From positions 352,001 through 416,000 of the forward strand of contig CAWBMV010000034.1 in assembly GCA_963789955.1 (NCBI GenBank): a stretch of 64,000 bases of DNA, given 5' to 3'. The notes below the pieces were generated by a model that saw only the letters and a program-made list of their open reading frames with translations, was not told the DNA's origin and did no database searches. A program made the position numbers and the translations under genes. Origin of the DNA: an uncultured Candidatus Rokubacteria bacterium (GTDB lineage: Bacteria; Methylomirabilota; Methylomirabilia; Rokubacteriales; CSP1-6). Shown in pieces: positions 1 to 10,274 of this stretch (the stretch's first letter is position 1; the number at the start of each line of letters is the position of its first letter).

Positions 1-1026
1 CCACGCTCACGGTCACTGACACGCGGCCTATACCCGGCGTGACCGGTATCACGCCGAGCACGATCGACCTCGCGGATCCGCCGGCCACCTTCACGATTAC
101 GGGCAGCGGCTTCGCGAATCTCGGCTTCGGTCTGCCGGTCGTGAACTTCGTGCGCGGCGGTATCGTGATCGCTCAGGCGCGGGCCACGGCGCTGACCGGG
201 GGCACGACCTTGACGGCGCCGTTCCCGACGCAGGCGACGGCGATCACGCCCAACATGGCCGGGCTGTCGGCGGGCGCGGTGACGGCGCAGGTCTGGCAGC
301 AGACGGCGAGCAGCTCGTTCAGCCTGGTGGGGGCCGTCGGGCTCACGGTCACTGACACGCGGCCTATACCTGGCGTGACCGGCATCACGCCGAGCACGTT
401 CGACCTCGCGAGCCCGCCGGCCACCTTCACGATCACGGGCAGCGGCATCGCGAATCTCGGCTTCGGTCTGCGGTCGTGAACTTCGTGCGCGGCGGTACCG
501 TGATCGCTCAGGCGCGGGCCACAGTGCTGACCGGGGCACGACCTTGACGGTGCCGTTCCCGACGCAGGCGACGGCGATCACGCCCAACATGCCCGGGCTG
601 TCGGCGGGCGCGGTGACGGCGCAGGTCTGGCAGCAGACGGCGAGCAGCCGTTCAGCCTGGTGGGGGCCGTCGGGCTCACGGTCACTGACACGCGGCCCGT
701 CCCCGGCGTGAGCGGTATCACGCCCAGCATGATCAGTCATGCGACGCCGCCGGCGAGCTTCGCGATCACGGGGAATGGCTCGCGAACCTTGGGTTCGGCC
801 TGCCGGTCGTGAACTTCGTGCGCGGCGGTACCGTGATCGCTCACGCGCGGGCCACGCGCTGACCGGGAGCACGACGTTGACGGTGCCCTGCCCCACGCAG
901 GCGACGGCGATCACGCCCAACATGCCAGGGCTCTCGGCGGGAACGGTGACGGCGCAGGTCTGGCAGCAGACCGCAGCCAGCTCCTTCACGCTGATCGGAA
1001 GCGTTACGCTGACGGTCTCGCCCTAG
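1..1026 (+). CDS. C-terminal part of a surface protein with three tandem ~112-aa Ig-like (IPT/TIG-like) repeats; 5'-truncated by the window, frameshifted
   Basis: ORFs 39-479 and 739-1026 encode the same repeated beta-rich unit (ITPS-x-IDL...FTITGSGFANLGFGLPVVNF...VTAQVWQQT...LTV); TAG at 1024-1026. Confidence 0.7.
6..1020 (+). repeat. Intragenic tandem repeat, three units of ~336 bp
   Basis: CTCACGGTCACTGACACGCGGCC begins at 6, 342 and 675 (spacing 336 and 333 bp). Confidence 0.9.
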
Positions 1027-1367
1027 TACGTCGTGTCGCGGCTCGTGAAAACCTTCTGGCGCGATGAGTTCGCAGTGGCACGCGCGAGCCGTTTGCGCTG
1101 CCCGCGCCTCGAAGGTCTCGCTTCGACTCCTGATCCTCGATCCGGCAGCGGTCGTCGCGGTGATCGAGCTCGGATTGCGGCGGCACGCCGCGTCGTTTGG
1201 GCCGCGGACTGCCGCGGTTGTCAATGACGCCGCGCTTTGTGTCACTCGCTAGAGAAGTGGGGGGGCATCGATTCAATGAAATCAGCTACTTGTGCAATGA
1301 GCCAGCGTCCTACTTTCGCCCTCGAGCTGCACCCCTTGCGTCGCATGCTCGTCGTGGTCACCCTCCT

Positions 1368-1535
1368 GTGAACACGCCCTTGACTGGGGCGACCTCGAAA
1401 CTCAAGGTCGCACTGGTTCGTGGACCGGTTGTCTCCACCGCGCGGGCGTTCAACGACGGAGGCGACGCCAGGTCTCGGCCTCGCATACGTGTCCGCCTAT
1501 GTGCGTGCCCACGGGTACGCAGTGACGATCATCGC
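1368..1535 (+). pseudogene. N-terminal fragment of a B12-binding radical SAM protein
   Basis: Reads LKVALVRGPVV...GLGLAYVSAYVRAHGYAVTII, typical of the start of a cobalamin-binding domain; the sequence then breaks off. Confidence 0.6.
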
Positions 1536-1580
1536 CGCCAGGCGAAGGCCCAACCGGAAGCGAGGCTTCGTGAGCCCGGG

Positions 1581-2225
1581 CTAGTGTGAGGGACTGACGT
1601 CGCACACGTCTCGGCGATTAGCGAGAAGTGATGTCTCGGCGTCCGGGACGTGAGCCGGGGAGTAGTTCGAGAAGACGGCCATCCCGGTAGTAGGGGTTGT
1701 GATCCTCCGGAAAGTACATCCAGCACTTGCGCACCGGAGCTCGGTGGGCATCGGGCCGTTGAGGCCCACGCCGACAATGTGGATGTGGCCGAGCTGTGAA
1801 CGAGTGTTCGTGCGGTCTCGCCGCACGTCCGCGGTCAGGGCCGTTCGGCACGACTCGACGAGCAGGTCGAGCGGCGCGTACGGCGTGAGCTCAGCGCGTC
1901 GTATCGCTTGTCCGCGCCGTCGACAAGCGTCACGGTCCGCCCGCTGCTGTCGACGCGGGCGATGCGACGTGATCGCAAGAGCAGACTACCCGGCGCGATG
2001 AGCTCGACGCGCCGCCAGCTCACGCCCTCCCCCGCGTTGGGAAGAAGCGGAATCGATTGTTCGGCCCCCACGAGACGTCGTCATGACCTTCGGCGATGTT
2101 CTTTCGAATCCGCTGGATGTCCGGGACCGCGACGCGCTCGCCCATCCACGAGACGCCCATTCGCTCGGGCGGCACGCCCCAGACCTTGAAGTTGTAGGGA
2201 TACAGGAATAGCCGCCCGATACCCT
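1581..2225 (-). pseudogene. Central/C-terminal fragment of an FAD-dependent oxidoreductase of the eukaryotic-type UDP-galactopyranose mutase family
   Basis: Motifs across frames: LFLYPYNFKVWG, SWMGERVAVPD, HIVGVGLNG, KCWMYFPEDHNPYYR, FSNYSP. Confidence 0.7.
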
Positions 2226-2229
2226 CGCC

Positions 2230-2400
2230 GAACGTCGTGTGGATCCAGCGGAGCTCGCGCTCTACCGGATCTCCTTCATGCTGCTCAACTACATGATCGG
2301 CTACGTGCTGTATCCGTCTCGGATCTGGCGCCGTCCGCGTCGCCGAAGTGGGCGGCCGGTATCGTCGGACGCGTCGCGGCGGCGCGTTCGAGCCCCCGGA
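2230..2400 (+). pseudogene. Probable C-terminal fragment of the radical SAM gene begun at 1368
   Basis: VDPAELALYRISFMLLNYMIGYVLYPSRIWR on the same strand as the 1368 fragment; the assignment is tentative. Confidence 0.35.
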
Positions 2401-3710
2401 GCGCGACCTCCATGTCTTCGCGGTCGAGCCGGATCAGCACGAAGGACATGAGCGAGTGCATTCCGAGTAGCGCGATCACGACAAGTGCGGGACGCGGAGC
2501 GAGGCCGGTTCGCGGTCGAGCCGGTAGAAGATCAGGAAGGGCAGTACCGGAAATCGATAGCGGCCCTGTCCCTGGAAATTGAAGACCCACGACCGGTAGA
2601 CCGACTGCCCCAGCACCAGGCCGGCGAAGACCAGGACGCACAGCAGTAAGAATTGGGCTCGTCGCGGGCCTCGCGCGGCGACCGGCAGGACGAGCATCGC
2701 GAGCAACGCGGCATAGAGGACGGCAAAGACGGCATACATCCACTCGTCGGCCACGAAGCTCATCCAGCCGTAGAGCCCACAGAAGCTGCGGAACGAGAGT
2801 CCCACCCAGTTCAGCGTCGTGAGAACCTGCCACAAGGTAACGCCCTTGGCCCGGAGCGCGATGTAGGGAAATGGGTGAGCGCCCTGACCCGAAGGCTTGA
2901 AGTCGGGCGCCGCCACCCGTTCCGCGTATTCGACGACCCGCTGTCCAGTCTGAATGTTGTTACCCGCTGGAACGGGGTACGGGAACGAAGGCGGCCGCTT
3001 GATCCATAACGACGAGCGCGAGGCGCTTCCCGCGACGCAGACCCAGCTGACAGCACGGCCCAGCCGACGAAGCCGACGCTCACGAGATAGTTCAACTTGG
3101 AGAGCACGAGGAGCCCGAGCAGTGCACCGGCGACAAACACTCCGGGGCTCGGTTTCGGCCGTACACCGCTCAGGAAGGCACGAGCAGAGGAGTCGGGCCG
3201 ACCGAGCTCGACGAGAAGGACCGTGAGGAGCGCGAACGGTAGCGCGTCGCCGTTGATGTACGAAAAGATGTACCAGACTTGCGGTGTCAACAGCAGGAAG
3301 CCCAGCATCGGCGCGAATCTTCGCGCGCGCGCCAGCATCCATGCGAGCAGGGCCCAGTACAGCGACACCTGAAACCACCGCATCGCGAGGGCGGGGTTCA
3401 ACCCGACATAGTTCCCGATGGCCGCGGCCTTGCCGAAGAACAGATAGACGATATCCGCCTCGTCCAGGTAGGAGAACCCCCATCCGCTATACGTCGCTGC
3501 CGTGTCGCGTGCGCCGACCCCCGGAGGCAGCCAGTGTTCGCGAAAGTACAAGCCCGCGACGAGATGAAGCTCCTCATCCGGGTGGGCGTTGATCCGGCTC
3601 TCCACCGCCATGAACGCGACGAGCATGGCCGACGCGAGGAGCTCGAGCACGAGCACCACCACGAGCGCCTGCTGCACGCTGACCGCGGAAACGCGCGCGC
3701 GAGTCTCTCG
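2400..3710 (-). pseudogene. Multi-pass membrane protein, DUF2142/GT-C-like glycosyltransferase, fragmented
   Basis: TM helix followed by NAHPDEELHL (acidic DE motif), many hydrophobic segments and a C-terminal FQGQGRY; spread over ORFs 2811-3812, 2476-3483 and 2285-2833. Confidence 0.6.
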
Positions 3711-3717
3711 TGCTCGC

Positions 3718-3850
3718 GTTCGTGCCAGAGCCACTCGTCGCCGAGCGCGGCATCGAGGACGTCGTCGTAGTACGCGTAGTGGCTGAACTGCACGTGACCG
3801 CCGAGGTCCCACGTGAAGCCCCGCTCGTCCACGACGCTCGTCGCCAGACC
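3718..3850 (-). pseudogene. Internal fragment of the UGM-like FAD oxidoreductase
   Basis: VDERGFTWDLGGHVQFSHYAYYDDVLD...EWLWHERE contains the GGH histidine-loop motif. Confidence 0.7.
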
Positions 3851-3859
3851 ACCGGGAGA

Positions 3860-4415
3860 GGGCGCCGGGATGCCTTCGAAGAGTTCTTGGTCGAACTCAG
3901 GTTGCTGAGCGAGACCGGGAGGCGATCGACCATGGGCTGGAGACGCCGCCGGAGCCAGCGCGGGCAGCCACGACCCGGGAGACGATGCGTGGTAGGGGAT
4001 AGCCCGCGAACAGCGTCGCGCCGTCCCCCGACGAACGTCGGGTGCGATGCGTCGCCAAGCGGCGTCGAGCAGGTCGATTGCTCATCAGATCGCGCGCGAC
4101 GCCGGCGTCGAGAACCTCCTCGTGGTGGTCGGTGCCGAGCGCGCTCGCCACGCGACGGGCGTGCGCGGATTCGTCGAACGAGTGATCTTCGAAGCCGATC
4201 GTGAAGGTCTTGAGACGGCCCCCGACGTGCGGGCGGCGAACGCCGCGACCGTGCTCGAGTCGATCCCGCCGGAGAGAGCCGAGCGGGACGTCGCTGACCA
4301 GCTGCTGGCTCACGGAGCGATCGAGGGCACTGCGGCAGCTTCTCGACCGCCTCCGCGGCGTCGATCGTCTGGGCTGGGCGAAAGTCGACCATCCAGTACG
4401 GCTCCACCTTGACGC
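3860..4415 (-). pseudogene. Fragment of asparagine synthase (glutamine-hydrolysing), AsnB-like amidotransferase
   Basis: YW..., LVSDVPLG, LKTFTIGFEDHSFDESAHARRVA...GTDHHEE and GDGxxLFAGY motifs. Confidence 0.7.
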
Positions 4416-4419
4416 GCCG

Positions 4420-4545
4420 TCGTTTCCCCGCTTCGAGGACGTGAAAGTTGTCGAAGCCGAGCTGCTGGAATCGATAGGCAGCGCCGAGCCCCGTCGGTCC
4501 AGCCCCCAGGATCAGAACGCGACCTGGATCTTGCGTCAACGCCAC
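4420..4545 (-). pseudogene. N-terminal fragment of the UGM-like FAD oxidoreductase
   Basis: RVLILGAGPTGLGAAYRFQQLG...VLEA, a Rossmann GxGxxG motif. Confidence 0.75.
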
Positions 4546-4549
4546 CGCC

Positions 4550-4770
4550 GGCTCGGGCGCGAAGCGCGACGCCGACGGTTTGACCGAACGCGCGCGCCGC
4601 GGCCTTCCAGAAGCGCCATTTGACGATCGAGACCGTCCCCGTCCGTCGCCCGCGGTGCGGAACCCACATCTCGCGCACGCGCAATCCGGCGCGGGCTGCC
4701 AGCCCCGAGATGATCACATCGGCGCGAACGTGTCGTCCGGGATCATCGACAGGATCTCGACCAACGAGGA
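4550..4770 (-). pseudogene. C-terminal fragment of a family 2 glycosyltransferase
   Basis: AGLRVREMWVPHRGRRTGTVSIVKWR resembles the GT2 E-x-P-V-x-H-x-x-R-x-x-G-x-S motif. Confidence 0.5.
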
Positions 4771-4778
4771 CTGACGCA

Positions 4779-5731
4779 TCAGCCGGTACGGCGCGTTGAC
4801 GTCTGTCACGGCATGTCCGGATGTAGTACGTGGGCTTGCGTTGGGTGTCGTAGAAACCGCGGATCACGATGTCGGCGAGAAAGCCGATGAAGAGCGAGAG
4901 AATGCCCGTGATGACGAAGAGCACCATCAAGAAGATGAGTGGTGTCGCCTCCAGGTGTCGCAGGACCAGGGCCCGATAGGCGACGATGGCGAAGGCGAGG
5001 ATACCGAGGGCGAGGTTCAGGAGCCCGAAGCCGCCGAAGATGTAGTTGGGCCGCGAAGAAAAAGTCTCCGATGAACTTCAACGTGATCAGGTCGACGAGG
5101 ACCTTGTAGATGCGAGTCAGGCCGTACTTCGATACGCCCCGAGTCCGCGGATGATGGTTCACGTCCATCACGGTACCCGGCCGGCGACAGCGGCGAGCAC
5201 CGGGAGAAAGCGGTGCATGTCGCCGTAGAGGCTCACGTCCGCGATGAGCTGGCGCGGTACGCCGAGCGAGCGGCGAAGTCGTGGAGGGGCACGCCGCTGA
5301 CGGCGCGGATCAGGAAGTTCGCGATGTTCGAGGGCAGCCCCGCGAGAGAGCCCGAGCCCATTTCGCTGCCGTCGCCACCCTGGACGACGTCGTCGAATCG
5401 CCCCTCGCCTCGAGGAGTCGAGGGATGTCGCGGGGATCGTTCTGGAGGTCAGCATCGAGCGTGACGAGGATCGGATAGCGTGAATGAGCGAACCCTGCGG
5501 ACATGCCGGCGTCTGACCGAAGTTCTTCCGCGTCGGACCAGACGCCCGTTGGAATCGCCCTCGGCGAGCGCTCGAGATACGTCCACGACCCGTCGCGGGA
5601 GCCATCGTCGACGCGAGGAACTCGTAGTCGAGACCAAGGGGCTTGAGCACCTCGACGACGTGCGTGGAGTGGCTCCAGGTGTCGTGCCGTTGACGACCGG
5701 CGACAACCGAGACGCCCTCGGGCTCGACCAT
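4779..5731 (-). CDS. GT2 polyprenol-phosphate glycosyltransferase (ArnC/GtrB/DPM1-like), heavily frameshifted
   Basis: Motifs KNFGQT, LVTLDADLQNDPRDIP, LYGDMHRFLPVLA, VNHHPRTRGVSKYG and two C-terminal TM helices; ATG overlaps the upstream stop. Confidence 0.75.
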
Positions 5732-6447
5732 CACGCCGCCTCCTCGTGGGACTCGCAGCGGACGACGTAGCGCAGCGGGAGCCAACGGAACGGGACGCCC
5801 TCGATATGCGTGACCCGCAGGCCCGGCGGGATCAGAGCGAGCAGCCCCGCGAGATCGAAGACGTGCAGGTGCCACTCGTCGTCCATGCGTTCCGGCATCT
5901 GATAGTCCGCCGCGCGTGAGCCCACCAGGACGCGGTAGAGCCCGCACGTTCGAAGCATCGCCTTCAGCCGGTTGATCAGCCGCTCGTTCGGCACGGAGAC
6001 GACGGCGACGCCTCTCCCCGCGACGATCCGATGCATCTCGGCGAGCGCGGCGGCCGGCGAGGGGATGTGCTCGAGCACCTCGGAGCAGTAAACGCGTTCC
6101 CACGCGCGGTCTCGGAAGGGCAGGTGCTCGGCATCGCCCTGCACGAGGGTGCCGCGCTTCACCAACCGGCGCGCGGCCTTCGCCAGCAACGATTCGGCCA
6201 GGTCGATTCCGAAGCGCCGGGCGCTCGGAACCTGGGCCAGGATGTTCCCGGCGCCGCAGCCGATCTCCAGCACCCGATCCCCGGGGCGTGCGGCGAGCAG
6301 GGCGAGTATACGGCGGACCCGCTTGCCCTCGATGTACCGGATCAGGGGGCTTGGATGGTTGTGGAACTGCTCGACGTCGTACTTCTCGACCATCGCGTCG
6401 TTCCACGACTTGAACTCGCGAACGTCTCGGAAAGCGCGTGCGCTCAC
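5731..6447 (-). CDS. Class I SAM-dependent methyltransferase
   Basis: VLEIGCGAG motif I, GDAEHLPF, CSEVLEHI; GTGA overlap with the upstream stop. Confidence 0.85.
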   Translation of the reverse strand: MSARAFRDVREFKSWNDAMVEKYDVEQFHNHPSPLIRYIEGKRVRRILALLAARPGDRVLEIGCGAGNILAQVPSARRFGIDLAESLLAKAARRLVKRGTLVQGDAEHLPFRDRAWERVYCSEVLEHIPSPAAALAEMHRIVAGRGVAVVSVPNERLINRLKAMLRTCGLYRVLVGSRAADYQMPERMDDEWHLHVFDLAGLLALIPPGLRVTHIEGVPFRWLPLRYVVRCESHEEAA

Positions 6448-7976
6448 TGCCGGGCCGCCTGCCGGGGGAGTGTGTAGATTTCGGCGTGCTCGATCCGCTC
6501 TTTCAGCGTGTAGCCGTTCTGCTGGACCTGCTGACGGATCAGCTCGCCATTCATGGTCCAGTTCGTCCAGTTGCCGAGGACGACGACGTCGACCGTGTGC
6601 TCGCGGAGGTGCCAGAACAGTGCAGGGTAGGACATCAGCTTGAACCGCTGGACCTCGCTTGGCGCGACGCGCTGAGAGTACGTCAGCGCCCAGTGATTCT
6701 CCATGCCTGGCAGGATCGCCGCCTGCGTTTCCACGAAATAGCCAGGCCACAGGCTGATCACCCATTTCCGACCCGGGGACGCCTCACGATCGATCGCCCG
6801 GCCGACCGCTCGGATCGTCGAGAGCTTCCAGTCTGTCGGGCTGTCTCCGGGGCGCATCCACGGGATCATCTGCCCACTGATCGTGTAGCGGACCACGTCG
6901 AGAGGCGACACCACCACGTAGACCACCGCTAGCGATACGAGCAGATGGCGCAGCCGCGGCGTCGCGTTCTCGCGCACGAGCGTCGCGCAGAAGACAACGA
7001 CGCCGACCAAGAGAAAGGGCAGTGGCATGCAGAAGTACTGGGTGTAGACGGGCGTGGGCACGAAGCTCGCGAGGATCAGGAGCACTGCGATCGAGGAGGC
7101 GAGGGACAGGCGCTCCCGCGCCAGGGTGCTTGAGACCCAGGCGGCCAGGCTGCCGAGGAAGAGGAGAATGAACTGCAGGCTCGTCAGGCCCTCGGATTCC
7201 CCGAGCGCCATCAGGACCATCGGTGCGACGGCCTTCTGATACCACCAGCTGAACACCTGGTAGTCGGTTCGAATGAGATGAGTGCCCACAACGTTGTAGA
7301 AGAACGTCGCGGGATCGATGAGCAGGAAGAACTCGGCCGGCAGCAGCGCGGCAACGCAGCCGATTGTGAAGCGTCCGAACTGCATCAGCCGCGCCCGCCG
7401 GTCTGGCTCGGAGAGGTATATCTCGATGAGAAACGCGGGGGCGACGCCGATCACGTAGACGCGGCAGGCGACAGCGAGTCCGAAAAGAAGACCGCTCGCT
7501 ATCCACCTCCATCGTGACTGCGTCGAGAGCACCGCGTAAGCCGCGAACAGCAGGAGCGTCGGGAGCACGAACGTTTTGATGAGCGGATACCAGCCGAATG
7601 CGAGGCTCGAGGTCGCGAACAGGACGACTGCGAGCACCCCCCAGGCGCGGGAGCGAGCCAAGTTCGCAACCTGGCGATAGACGAGGAGCCCCAGGAGGAC
7701 CGAAAAGACGGCGGAGAGCAGGCGGGCCGCGTACCAGGAAAAGCCGACGACCTTCATCCAGCCGCCGTAGACGTACGGGAGGAGGTACATCTGCGGGTAG
7801 TAGAAGTCGTGGTATGGCAGTTGGCCTTCGGCGACAAGCCGAGCCTGGAGCAGGTACGTGCCCTCATCGCCGTCGACAAGCCTGAAGAGAGACATCGGCA
7901 CGAAGACAGCGGCCAGAAGAGCAGCAAGCAATGCGTAGACGACGGCCGGGTGCGCCTGGTCGATTCTCCCGATCAT
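6444..7976 (-). CDS. GT-C fold membrane glycosyltransferase (ArnT/PMT family)
   Basis: TM1 followed by DGDEGTY, GQLPYHDF...Q, many TM helices and a soluble C-terminal domain. Confidence 0.8.
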   Translation of the reverse strand: MIGRIDQAHPAVVYALLAALLAAVFVPMSLFRLVDGDEGTYLLQARLVAEGQLPYHDFYYPQMYLLPYVYGGWMKVVGFSWYAARLLSAVFSVLLGLLVYRQVANLARSRAWGVLAVVLFATSSLAFGWYPLIKTFVLPTLLLFAAYAVLSTQSRWRWIASGLLFGLAVACRVYVIGVAPAFLIEIYLSEPDRRARLMQFGRFTIGCVAALLPAEFFLLIDPATFFYNVVGTHLIRTDYQVFSWWYQKAVAPMVLMALGESEGLTSLQFILLFLGSLAAWVSSTLARERLSLASSIAVLLILASFVPTPVYTQYFCMPLPFLLVGVVVFCATLVRENATPRLRHLLVSLAVVYVVVSPLDVVRYTISGQMIPWMRPGDSPTDWKLSTIRAVGRAIDREASPGRKWVISLWPGYFVETQAAILPGMENHWALTYSQRVAPSEVQRFKLMSYPALFWHLREHTVDVVVLGNWTNWTMNGELIRQQVQQNGYTLKERIEHAEIYTLPRQAARQ

Positions 7977-8338
7977 CGTGACGCTTTCACCGATATGCTT
8001 TCCGGCCTCAGGATTCGACGTGTTCCAGATTGCCTCCTTCTGCGAGGAGGTTGGCGCTTCGACGGCGCCCAGGGCGTCCTCGTGGTTGTCAAGGTGCAGG
8101 CTTAAGTACGCATCACTCTCGTGTCGCCGCGCTCCACTGGAAGAGCCTGGTTGCAAGCGACGAGCCAGCGCCGAGCGTCACGTCAAGCGCGATGAGCTAT
8201 AACCGGCTGATAATAGAGGGAGATTTTGGGACGCGAGCCCGACCCAAGTGCTCCAACGTGGCCATCGTCATCATGCTCAGACAGCATATGACTCCGCCGG
8301 GCCGACGCTTGCCGGACTGTCCCTGACGCACCCTGAGG

Positions 8339-9461
8339 ATGCGCATTACCAGACCGCTACCGTGTGTGCGTGACGTCGAGGCGGCTGCCTCCTCGGACGA
8401 AGAGCACGAAGGCCCCACGGTCACTGGCGATAGCCGATCTCGACAGCGCGGGTACCAAGCGGCTGTCGCTCCCAGAGCTGTGTTCTTGAATAGCGTTCTC
8501 GCTCTGGGATTCGGCACTGCGCTCGTCTCGGTGGCGGTATTTCCGAGCGCGCTTTCGGCCCAGCCGCGGCGGTCCGTCATCATGGCCTCGGGCCCGGTCG
8601 ACGGGACGTACTATCCAATCGCCGGCGCGATCTCACGCATCACGTCGGACGCGAGCGAACTCAAATTCCTGGTCGCCGTCGACTCGTCGGCGGGTTCGAT
8701 CGCCAATGTCCGGCTGCTCAAGTCGGGCGAAGCCGATTTCGCGCTCCTCCAGAACGACGTCGCGTACTACGCCTTCAACGGCATCACGCTCGACGCGTTC
8801 GCCGGGAAGCCGGTGAAGAACATGGCCGGGGTCTTCAGCGTGTATCCCGAGATCGTTCACGTCATCGCCAGAAGATCGGCGGACGTGCGATCGATTCGCG
8901 ACCTCAAGGGCAAGCGGGTCGTGCTCGGCGCTCCGGGTAGCGGCGCGGAGCAGAACGCGCTCCAGGTTCTGAAGGTGCACGGCGTTCTCGAAACCGACAT
9001 CCGCACGATACAGTCGATCGGCCGGATGGCGGCCTTCGGCCAGCTGAAGGCGGGGACCGTCGATGCCGTGTTCGTGTCGACGGCGCTGGGATCACTGCTC
9101 ATCGCGGACGCGATGGCGTCCGGCAAGCTCACGCTCATCGGTATCGGTGACTCCGCCGGCGACGCGCTCCGCCGGTCGTATCCCTTCTACACGGTCGAGA
9201 AAATCCCTGCGAATACCTACCCGGGATTGGAGCATGACGTGACGTCGGCTGGGGTGACGGCGATTCTGGTCGTCCGCTCGAACGTGGCTGACGAGCTGGT
9301 CTATTCTCTGACGAAGGCCGTCTTCGACAACCTGCCTCAGTTTCAAAGCTCGCATCCCGCCGCCCGCCACCTCGCATTACACACCGCGCTCAGCGGGGAT
9401 GGCGCTGCCGCTCCACCCGGGCGCCGAGCGATACTTTCAGCAAAACGGTATCGCGCGGTAA
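8339..9461 (+). CDS. TAXI-family TRAP transporter solute-binding subunit (frameshift near 9395; true start possibly 8481)
   Basis: ASGPVDGTYYPIAGAI, SAGSIANV, LQNDVA, YPEIVH, DLKGKRV..GAPGSG; the expected PLHPGAERY C-terminus lies in the shifted frame ending TAA 9459-9461. Confidence 0.85.
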
Positions 9462-9540
9462 GGGCGCTTGCCGGCGGCTGGCTCATTCCTGGCCATCCCG
9501 GCCGGAAATAGCCGATCAGGAGGGGCTCGCAAAGGACAAT

Positions 9541-9580
9541 AATGTGATTTAAAACATAGACTTATCATTGGTATAGCTCT
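9541..9580 (+). promoter_or_regulatory. AT-rich promoter region with a CRP/FNR-like half-palindrome
   Basis: TGTGA-TTTAAA-ACATA at 9543-9558 in an AT-rich island upstream of the redoxin gene. Confidence 0.3.
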
Positions 9581-9626
9581 TGCCTCGATGATAGGTGCGG
9601 AAAAGAGGTCCGCGAGACCTGAGCGC

Positions 9627-10274
9627 ATGGCGACTCTGACGACCGTGGAGCAGGCGTTCCAGCGTCCCGCCGTCGGCGAGCGAGCGCCCAGCTTCGCGCT
9701 GCCATCGGTCTGCGGCCCGATGGTCGATCTCGTGTCCTACCGTGAGCGCCGAAACGTGATCGTCTGGTTCTCACGCGGGTTCACGTGCCCTTTCTGCCGC
9801 ATCTACACGGACGGAATCCGCAGCAACTACGCGGAGCTCCAGACCGCTGAGACCGAGGTGATCCAGGTCGCGCCGAATCTCCTGGAGAGCGCGCGCCGCT
9901 ATTTCGGCTCGTCGCCGCTCCCGTTCCCGTTCGTGTGCGATCCCGACAAGCGGCTCTTCGCGGTCTACGGCCTCGGGGACCGAGGCGTGCTCGAGGCGAC
10001 TCGTACGGCCGTGGTGAGCTTCGCCCACGCGTTCACGCACGGTGACAGCGTCAACCAGACGCGCGGCGCGTTCTTCGACGTCATGAACCGGAACTTCGTG
10101 CGCCGACTCCACCATCACGCGATGACCGCGCACGAACAGGGCATGTTCCTGATCGACAAGCAGGGCGTGATCCGCAGCGTCATGGTTGTCGGCCCGGTCG
10201 ATCCGGTCCCGAGCGGTGCCGAGCTCGCGCAGCTGGCGCGAACCCGCTGCGGCGAGACCCCCGTGCGGGTATGA
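9627..10274 (+). CDS. Peroxiredoxin-like AhpC/TSA family redoxin
   Basis: APSFALP, FSRGFTCPFC (CxxC), PFPFVCDPD, FLIDKQGVIR; alternative start at 9588. Confidence 0.85.
   Translation: MATLTTVEQAFQRPAVGERAPSFALPSVCGPMVDLVSYRERRNVIVWFSRGFTCPFCRIYTDGIRSNYAELQTAETEVIQVAPNLLESARRYFGSSPLPFPFVCDPDKRLFAVYGLGDRGVLEATRTAVVSFAHAFTHGDSVNQTRGAFFDVMNRNFVRRLHHHAMTAHEQGMFLIDKQGVIRSVMVVGPVDPVPSGAELAQLARTRCGETPVRV

Noticed and set aside
1..1026. Repeats as a CRISPR array or DGR template/variable repeat
   Set aside because: The units are 336-bp coding repeats without spacers. No cas or reverse transcriptase gene is present, and differences are not confined to adenines.
9627..10274. Selenoprotein redoxin
   Set aside because: The active site is encoded as CPFC with no in-frame TGA.
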